Origin: Acaryochloris thomasi RCC1774
GTDB lineage: Bacteria; Cyanobacteriota; Cyanobacteriia; Thermosynechococcales; Thermosynechococcaceae
Assembly (NCBI RefSeq): GCF_003231495.1
Contig: NZ_PQWO01000001.1
Location: 180,001 to 212,000 of the forward strand
Length of the DNA: 32,000 nt
Direction of reading: 5' to 3'
In this document: positions 26,010-32,000 of the stretch, piece by piece
Layout of the letters: each line of letters begins with the position of its first letter
Numbering within the stretch: the stretch's first letter is position 1
The notes under the pieces: generated by a model
The model's input: the letters and a program-made list of their open reading frames with translations, nothing else
What the model was told of the DNA's origin: nothing
Databases searched by the model: none
Translations under genes and position numbers: made by a program

Positions 26010-28403
26010 ATGTATCAAGTGATTTTGAGCTTTGGCAAAGGGACATTGGCAGAGGGGTTTGCCAACGTCAATGTCCAGCTTTTTGATCCGCAGCAGCAGC
26101 CTATGATGCGCGATAGCTGCAGTCTACCTGCTGCACCAGAATTGATGGCCCTTTATCAGTTGTGGCAATCGCAGTATCAAGCCCATTACCAAAACTTGGG
26201 CTGGTCTACCCGGATTGACATCCATGAACCAACCGCCGTCAGCAGCCGTTTTTCCCGGCGAGAATTTGATCTGCACTGCACCCAACTGCCGGTGTTGCTG
26301 AACCGCTGGCTACGGCACGAGTCTTTTGTTGCCATTGAGCAAACGCTGCGGACCTACTTATCCTTTCATCATCAGATTCAGCTGATTCTAGAGACCGACG
26401 ATCAGGATCTTAAGCTTCTACCGTGGCATAGCTGGCAGTTTGTCATCGACTATGCCCAAGCCGACGTTGCCTTGAGTTTGCCTCGCAGCCGTCCGCCGCT
26501 TCAACATTTTGCCCCCCGGAAAAAATCAGTTAAAATTTTAGCCGTTCTCGGTAGCCCTGTACTGGGCGTCCATGACCGCAAAATTGATGTCGCCACCGAT
26601 CGCGCTTTTATAGAGCAGCTTGCCCACGTAGATGCAACGTTTTTAGTGGAACCCAGCCGTGCAGAGCTAACCCAAAGCCTCTGGGAACAGCGCTGGGATA
26701 TTCTATTTTTTGCTGGCCATAGCACCCGCGTTGATGGGCAAACGGCACTGCTGCTGAACCATGATCCAGAACAAAATAGTCTGACGATCAACGAATTCCA
26801 TCATGCTCTCAACCACGCTGTTGAGCAGGGGCTGCAGCTCGCCATCTTTAATTCCTGCGACAGCTTGGGCTTGGCCTGGACCCTAGCAGAGCTAAACATT
26901 CCCCAGACCATCGCCTTCCGAGATGCAGTGCCTGATCCAGTTGCCCATGCGTTTCTCAAGCACTTCTTAGCGGCGTTTGCGGCGGGTATGCCAACCCCAC
27001 AGGCCGTCCGCACCGCCCGTGAGCAACTCCAAGAATTTGAGCAGCATTGTCCCTGTGCCAGTTGGTTGCCTATTATTTGTCAGAATCCCACGGTTTTACC
27101 CCTTACCTGGTTAGATCTACAGGGCCACTCTTCTGACTTGCAGCTTCCCCCACGAGTACCGGCCTGGATTCCAGTGGTTGCCAGCCTGTTGGTAACAGGG
27201 GGGCTGATTTTAGTACGCACGTTAGGCGTTCTGCAGGACTTAGAGCTGGAGGCATTTGATCAACTAATGCAGTGGCGGCCTGCAGAGGCATCAGACGCCA
27301 GGTTCTTGGTCGTGGCGATTGACGAAGCCGATTTTCAGTATCAGCGGCAGCAGGGCATGCGACCAGAAGGACACTTAGCAGATCGGGCACTCAAGCAGCT
27401 ACTGGACAAAATACAGCCCTACGAACCAACCATTGTTGGTTTAGATCTCTACCATGATGTTGAATTTGAGCCAGAATTAAAACCTTTAGTTCTCAATAAC
27501 TCCAGGTTTATAGCGGTTTGTGAGATTGCCCAAACGGAAGGGAGTTTTACTCCTGGCCCTAATCCAAGCATTCCAAGTCCGCCAGGCATCCCGTCCGAGC
27601 GTTTAGGATTTACGGATTTACCTGAAGATCCGAGAAAGATGATTCGGCGGCAGTTGTTGTATATGGACCCAGTCAGGGTCTGTGATACAGACCAGTCGTT
27701 GAGTCTTCGGATTGCTCGCCAGTATCTAACCTTGTCTGGCGGTCCGATACCCCGGCTGACGTCAAATCAGGTGCTTCACATCGGTAATGTGGAGTTTGAG
27801 CCGCTCTCCCCTGATGCGGGTGGATACCAGCTTCCAGCAGGAGAAGCAGAGGGCTATCAGGTGATGCTGAACTATCGAAGGGCTCAATTCCCGATGGTGA
27901 ATCTACGTGATTTATTGGGGGGAGGGTTAGACGCTCAGCTTTCTAGCTTGATACCCGGGCGGATTATCTTGATTGGAGTGGTAAAGCCCGATTTGGATAC
28001 CCACCCAACAGCCTTTGGAACGCGACAGGTGAATGGTGAGCAACCGGGCGTCGTGATTCAGGCCCACATGATTAGTCAAATCTTGAGTGCGGTTGAGCAG
28101 GGGCGACCGTTGATCTGGTGGTGGCCGCAAGGAGTTGAATACCTGTGGATTGGAACTTGGTCGTTGTTAGGCAGTCTACTGGTGTGGAGATGGTCTTCTA
28201 CAGTTGTACGTATTGCCTCGCTTACTGTTGCTGTAGGTGTGCTAATTGGGAGCTGTATGGGTGTCTTACTAATTGGGGGCTGGATTCCCCTGGTTCCTGC
28301 AATGATGGGGTTGTTAATTTCAGGGGGAGTTGTAATGGTGTACACAAACGTTAAGGTCACTCATGTAGGCCAGCCGCCGACATTAGGGGGGCGCGATGCT
28401 TAA
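26010..28403 (+). CDS. Membrane protein: N-terminal cytoplasmic CHAT-like (caspase-fold) domain, TM helix, periplasmic CHASE2 domain and three C-terminal TM helices
   Basis: The ATG at 26010 has GAGG 8 nt upstream; the track start is TTG 26007. The CHAT-like part carries WDILFFAGHS (His codon 26718-26720) and LQLAIFNSCDS (Cys codon 26856-26858). TM1 is WIPVVASLLVTGGLILV. The CHASE2 signature is LQDLELEAFDQLMQWRPAEASDARFLVVAIDEADF...IVGLDLYH. Three terminal TM helices follow, and the protein ends about 25 aa after the last one. Confidence 0.85.
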   Translation: MYQVILSFGKGTLAEGFANVNVQLFDPQQQPMMRDSCSLPAAPELMALYQLWQSQYQAHYQNLGWSTRIDIHEPTAVSSRFSRREFDLHCTQLPVLLNRWLRHESFVAIEQTLRTYLSFHHQIQLILETDDQDLKLLPWHSWQFVIDYAQADVALSLPRSRPPLQHFAPRKKSVKILAVLGSPVLGVHDRKIDVATDRAFIEQLAHVDATFLVEPSRAELTQSLWEQRWDILFFAGHSTRVDGQTALLLNHDPEQNSLTINEFHHALNHAVEQGLQLAIFNSCDSLGLAWTLAELNIPQTIAFRDAVPDPVAHAFLKHFLAAFAAGMPTPQAVRTAREQLQEFEQHCPCASWLPIICQNPTVLPLTWLDLQGHSSDLQLPPRVPAWIPVVASLLVTGGLILVRTLGVLQDLELEAFDQLMQWRPAEASDARFLVVAIDEADFQYQRQQGMRPEGHLADRALKQLLDKIQPYEPTIVGLDLYHDVEFEPELKPLVLNNSRFIAVCEIAQTEGSFTPGPNPSIPSPPGIPSERLGFTDLPEDPRKMIRRQLLYMDPVRVCDTDQSLSLRIARQYLTLSGGPIPRLTSNQVLHIGNVEFEPLSPDAGGYQLPAGEAEGYQVMLNYRRAQFPMVNLRDLLGGGLDAQLSSLIPGRIILIGVVKPDLDTHPTAFGTRQVNGEQPGVVIQAHMISQILSAVEQGRPLIWWWPQGVEYLWIGTWSLLGSLLVWRWSSTVVRIASLTVAVGVLIGSCMGVLLIGGWIPLVPAMMGLLISGGVVMVYTNVKVTHVGQPPTLGGRDA

Positions 28404-29184
28404 GCCAAGATATATTCTAAGTCTTCTACTCGGCGGTAGTTTGGCAGGAGGAGGTTTGATGGCCGGAGCACTGTCTGCTCAAGAGCTGTCGACCGCTCAG
28501 GCACAGATTACGTTCCTGGCTCCCAATGCGGCCCAGCGACAAAAAGATCGACGGCGATGGGGGCGACCCACAACCCGAACCCCTGGTGGAACCCGCGATC
28601 GCTGCGCTCAAAGGCTGATTGCGCTGGTACCCAGCCCCGATGCAGTAGCGCTCAGCTCGGGTCAATGTCTAGAAGAGTCGGTTTCAGATCGGGCATTGAC
28701 GCTCACAGAGACGCCAACGCTGTGGTTTTACGTTCCGCCACTGGCCGAGCCAGAACGACGAGCGGAGCTAGTGCTGCTTCAGAAACACCGTGAGGTTAGC
28801 AAGCAACGGGTAACGCTGCCTGCAACGCCGGGTATTTTTGGGGTGCAGCTCAAGGGTCCACTGGCGGCAAACCAGCTATATGGCTGGAGCTTCACGGTTC
28901 TGAAGCAACCCCAAAGTCCCTCTCAAAATCCGACGGTGGAGGGATTAATCAGATACGCAACGTCGAACCCTAAGGATTTGAGGGTGGCACACCTGCCGGA
29001 CCAGGCATACAGACCGGGCCAACTGCGGCAATATGCTCAATCCGGAATTTGGCACGATGCCTTGACGGCCCTCGCCCAGCAGCGATGCCAGAATCCGGCA
29101 AGCCAGAGCTGGAAAAGCTTTTTAGCATCTGCGGGGTTAGATGCGATCGCAACCCAACCGATCCTGAATTGCGAAGTGCTGTAG
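28396..29184 (+). CDS. Secreted DUF928-like protein (262 aa)
   Basis: The ATG overlaps the upstream stop by 8 nt (ATGCTTAA). The signal peptide is MLKPRYILSLLLGGSLAGGGLMAGALSAQ. The motifs TPGGTRDRC, LIALVP, PTLWFYVP, YGWSF, NPTVEGLI and YAQSGIWHDAL fit my recollection of DUF928 (GGTRG...AL.P...PTF.WYVP...Y.W...YA..GIWYD). Confidence 0.75.
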   Translation: MLKPRYILSLLLGGSLAGGGLMAGALSAQELSTAQAQITFLAPNAAQRQKDRRRWGRPTTRTPGGTRDRCAQRLIALVPSPDAVALSSGQCLEESVSDRALTLTETPTLWFYVPPLAEPERRAELVLLQKHREVSKQRVTLPATPGIFGVQLKGPLAANQLYGWSFTVLKQPQSPSQNPTVEGLIRYATSNPKDLRVAHLPDQAYRPGQLRQYAQSGIWHDALTALAQQRCQNPASQSWKSFLASAGLDAIATQPILNCEVL

Positions 29185-29196
29185 CCCTCTACACCC

Positions 29197-31887
29197 TCAA
29201 CGCCAATCCCCCACTAACAGGAAGGGTGCCCAAAAGCCAGGAGCCTCGTAACCGGGCGTCTTTAGCAGCTTCACCTGCGCCTGCCGCAGCGCTTCAGCCT
29301 TGGTGATTTGGCCCTGCTGGGTGGTCAACGTTTGATAGAAATGACGCATGAGCTGTGCCGTTGAGCGATCGCCAATGGACCATAGCGAAGCCATCGTACT
29401 GCGAGCGCCGGACTGCACGGCCAGCCCCGCCAACCCCAAAATCGCCCGGTTGTCCCCCGCCGCCGTGGTACAGGCACTGAGCACCAATAGTTCAATGGGC
29501 TGCAGTCCTTGGGGAGCACGATCTTGGAGAATACTGCTGAGCTGACTCCCCTGGAGGCGCTGGTTCCAGGTCTGTAGATAGGTTTGCTCTGGATCTGAAC
29601 TAAATTGCCCATGGGTGGCAATGTGAACAACGCTGTAGGGTGTGCTCTGAATTTCTCTTTGCAGCTCTACTGGGGTAAACGCCTGATTCAAGTGCTGCCG
29701 AGTCGGGAGGTAGGCACTGATCTGGGTCAGCTCTTCCTCGACCTGTGGCAGAGGGGGCGCAGCCTGCAGGGGCGGCGTTTCTGATAGACCGAAGGTTAAG
29801 GCCCGTAGCCGAGTCTGGCTGAGAGAACGCGACGGCAAAAGCTGGAGGCCAGGGACAAGGGCAACGGCATATCCTTTCTCCACCAAGTACTGATCGCCAT
29901 CGTGGAGTGCCGCCATGGGCAAATCGCGGAAGGAACCATCCAGGACAAAAACCAGATTCTTAATCTGCGCCAGCTCTGACTCTGCAGGACGAATCATCCA
30001 ATCGTAAACCTGCTGTGAGAGGGCATGGACATCCTTAGAGATATAGCTTTTTTCCAGCTCAACTCTAAGCTGCGCCAGCGTTGCTTCTACTTGCGGCTGT
30101 GGCAGTCGGGTCGTATGACGCTGTATCTGTCCACCGGGTAGCCTAACGATCACCTCGATTCGATCTGATAGAAGAATGGGGTAAATGAGAGCGGTATCTG
30201 CAGCCAAGGGTTGCTGGGCTAAGGACACGATTGAGGCCAGGTCACAGCGTAGAAAATTTTCGAGTTCTACGCGCTGCAGAGTATCAATGACCTCCATTGC
30301 CTGCTGTAGCCGAGCATTATTATTGAGATCAGGGGACTGCAGCAGTAAATCGACAAATTGGCGATACACAGGCTCGACGTCGGCCTGAAATGACGCTTGA
30401 ATATTGCGGTCCAGGGCTAAGAGATCTCGGCGGTTGTTGGTGAGGGTTGCGATCGCAGCTTCATAGGCATTTAGGGCGGCGTCCCGCTGTCGGCGAGCTT
30501 GATAAATCCGTCCCAGCTGCCACTGCCACTGACCCGCTAAGTCAGTTGCCCTAACGGTTTGGGCCTTAACCAATGCCTGCTCTGTCAATCGCTGCGACTC
30601 TGCCCACTGCTGATTTTGCTCATAGATTTGCCCCAACAAACCGAGGGCGTGGGACTCAGCACGGGTATTTTGCAGTTCCTGGGCCTGTCGAAGGGCTGTA
30701 TTGGCCATCGTGAGTGCCAAGGGCCGCTGCTCTGTGCCTAGACGCACGAGGCTCTGGGTAAAGTGGAGCTGGGCATTGACGGCCTGATAGCTAGTGGGGA
30801 GATGGGCAATACCGCGACGACGGAGCGCGGCGATCACTTGATCAATCTGTGGCTTGTCTTGTAAGGACATCTGCCCTGCGGGGGGGGGGGCGTCTTGGTT
30901 TTGCTGTAGCTCGATGCCTAGACTGAGCCGATGCAGTTGACTTTGCAACGCTAGAGCCTGAATCTGGGCATCGGAGGAGAGGGCTAAGTCTGCCTGCTGC
31001 CAGTAGGCTAGAGCCTGCTGGGCAGGGGCCAGGGCCGCGTCAGGCAAAATCGCGGCGCTGGTGATTAGGGGCCGTAGGTGCTGATACCGCCGATGCTCCA
31101 GCTTGCCGAGGTTCAACAGCGTGATGGCTCGATCAACCGGTGTTTGAGGCAGAGCTAAACTGGCCTGCAAAATAGTGCCCGCCGCGTCAAGCTGTCCCGC
31201 CAGCCGAAGGCTGTTGCCGAGGGTGCGTAGGCCCACTTGCTTAAGCTGCGGATCAGACTGAGCCTCAAAGTGACGCAGGACAGACCGCCACTGTTCTGGG
31301 GTGGACAGATCGCAATCAGAGGGCAAGTTGCTGGCCTGCAGCAGGGTTTTACAGGCGCGCCGATAAAGTCCTAGCACCTCCATTGCCTGGGCTTGGTTGA
31401 TCCGGCTACCGGCTGTGCCGGTGGCGTCATTCAACTGCTGATAAACGGCGGTCGCCTGCTGCCAGCTCGTGAGGGCGGCTTCCGGTTGCCCTAGAATGAG
31501 CCGCAGACGTCCTTGGGTATTGAGAGCTTGGGCATAGGGCTGCGATGGGCCAGACGATTGCAGGAGAGTGAGACTGGTTGCGATCGCATCTTCTGCCTCA
31601 GACAGCCGCCCCAGCTGCTGATAGGCCAGCGAGAGATAGTTCAAAACGGTGGCATGGCCGAGCACGTCACCTACAGAAAGCAATCTTTCTTGCTCCTGTT
31701 GCCAAATCCTCGCAGCTGCCGAAAACTGACCCTGCCGATATAGCGCGCGGCCCTGAGCAATGCCCTGCGAACTGTCTGCATCTATAGGTATCACTTCTGG
31801 CGTAGAGGATAAAACCTGAGCTGCCCCCAGCAGCATTGCCCCACTCAAAGCCGTCCCGATACACACAGAGGTCAACGAAGAACGCAT
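29197..31887 (-). CDS. Secreted TPR-repeat CHAT-domain protease (caspase-like, clan CD)
   Basis: I take the start at the ATG that is the complement of 31885-31887, with AGGAG 5 nt upstream; the track start at 31950 is less likely. MRSSLTSVCIGTALSGAMLLGAAQVLS is signal-peptide-like. A long TPR-like region follows. The C-terminal CHAT domain carries YSVVHIATHGQF (His) and IELLVLSACTTAAG (Cys), then ...FWAPFLLVGDWR. Its stop lies 12 nt from the convergent DUF928 stop. Confidence 0.95.
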   Translation of the reverse strand: MRSSLTSVCIGTALSGAMLLGAAQVLSSTPEVIPIDADSSQGIAQGRALYRQGQFSAAARIWQQEQERLLSVGDVLGHATVLNYLSLAYQQLGRLSEAEDAIATSLTLLQSSGPSQPYAQALNTQGRLRLILGQPEAALTSWQQATAVYQQLNDATGTAGSRINQAQAMEVLGLYRRACKTLLQASNLPSDCDLSTPEQWRSVLRHFEAQSDPQLKQVGLRTLGNSLRLAGQLDAAGTILQASLALPQTPVDRAITLLNLGKLEHRRYQHLRPLITSAAILPDAALAPAQQALAYWQQADLALSSDAQIQALALQSQLHRLSLGIELQQNQDAPPPAGQMSLQDKPQIDQVIAALRRRGIAHLPTSYQAVNAQLHFTQSLVRLGTEQRPLALTMANTALRQAQELQNTRAESHALGLLGQIYEQNQQWAESQRLTEQALVKAQTVRATDLAGQWQWQLGRIYQARRQRDAALNAYEAAIATLTNNRRDLLALDRNIQASFQADVEPVYRQFVDLLLQSPDLNNNARLQQAMEVIDTLQRVELENFLRCDLASIVSLAQQPLAADTALIYPILLSDRIEVIVRLPGGQIQRHTTRLPQPQVEATLAQLRVELEKSYISKDVHALSQQVYDWMIRPAESELAQIKNLVFVLDGSFRDLPMAALHDGDQYLVEKGYAVALVPGLQLLPSRSLSQTRLRALTFGLSETPPLQAAPPLPQVEEELTQISAYLPTRQHLNQAFTPVELQREIQSTPYSVVHIATHGQFSSDPEQTYLQTWNQRLQGSQLSSILQDRAPQGLQPIELLVLSACTTAAGDNRAILGLAGLAVQSGARSTMASLWSIGDRSTAQLMRHFYQTLTTQQGQITKAEALRQAQVKLLKTPGYEAPGFWAPFLLVGDWR
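30880..30890. repeat. Homopolymer G11 (C11 on the coding strand) inside the TPR-CHAT coding sequence
   Basis: Read directly as ctgc-ggggggggggg-cgtc. On the coding strand it reads GAC GCC CCC CCC CCC GCA, giving D-A-P-P-P-A. It is the longest homopolymer I saw in the window; the other runs I noticed were 7 nt. Confidence 0.95.
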
Positions 31888-32000
31888 AAGACTCCTAGAG
31901 TAAAAATTGTCAATAAGAGTGACAGGGAACAGCAGCCTGAGCAAAGGCATTCGGCGTCACGTTCGGAGCCTGAGCTAGCAGCACAAGATTCCCTCTAGCA

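Noticed and set aside
22136-28593. HIP1 scarcity as proof that the candidate CHAT/CHASE2 locus is horizontally acquired
   Set aside because: Gaps of about 3 kb without HIP1 also occur in clearly native genes (for example 16949-19926). The TPR-CHAT gene itself carries three copies. The signal is too weak without genome-wide statistics.
31908-31913. TTGACA (minus strand) upstream of the TPR-CHAT start as a -35 box
   Set aside because: No -10-like hexamer lies at a 16-18-nt spacing. That spacing would place the -10 on top of the Shine-Dalgarno and ATG.
29197-31950. TPR-CHAT as a type III-E CRISPR (Craspase, Csx29) component
   Set aside because: There is no gRAMP/Cas7-11, no other cas genes and no repeat-spacer array anywhere in the window. 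The protein also has a signal peptide, which is incompatible with a cytoplasmic CRISPR effector partner. The analogy is kept only as a mechanistic precedent.
1-32000. Search for tRNA, rRNA, CRISPR arrays, tandem repeats, reverse transcriptases/retrons and integrases
   Set aside because: I saw no cloverleaf-like conserved tRNA motifs, no regularly spaced direct repeats, and no RT or integrase motifs in any listed ORF. Absence by eye is not proof, so tRNAscan, Infernal and a CRISPR finder should confirm.

Overview
The window looks like cyanobacterial chromosome. I counted at least 22 copies of the HIP1 octamer GCGATCGC by eye, and it carries a group-2 sigma factor, FtsH, Uma2 nucleases and TPR/CHAT proteins.

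- **1-7.2 kb:** a two-component pair (truncated sensor kinase and OmpR-type regulator) split by an opposite-strand gene. Also an orphan DPPY DNA methyltransferase, and a GT4 glycosyltransferase cleanly interrupted by a 1,484-bp IS4-family element with perfect 18-bp inverted repeats and a 10-bp target duplication.
- **7.2-11.4 kb:** an AT-rich, HIP1-poor accessory island. It holds a translationally coupled three-gene operon ending in an HNH nuclease, an amber-interrupted small gene, and a very AT-rich methyltransferase-like gene with a degenerate SAM loop.
- **11.4-23.9 kb:** mostly housekeeping and signalling genes. These are a HAMP class III adenylate cyclase, an IS630 remnant, one dead and one intact Uma2 gene, a TPR protein plus membrane protein operon, a group-2 sigma factor, ftsH, an ABCD/SbmA-type ABC half-transporter and a GT4 glycosyltransferase.
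- **24.1-31.9 kb (most interesting):** four genes.
  - An HTH + NB-ARC STAND NTPase with a DUF1822-like C-terminus.
  - A membrane protein with a cytoplasmic CHAT-like domain in front of a CHASE2 sensor and no C-terminal output.
  - A translationally coupled secreted DUF928-like protein.
  - A convergent signal-peptide-bearing TPR-CHAT protease that contains a G11 homopolymer.

  I read this as a candidate uncharacterised envelope-spanning caspase-like protease signalling or conflict system.

No tRNA, rRNA or CRISPR array was seen. All family assignments come from motif recognition by eye and need HMM confirmation.
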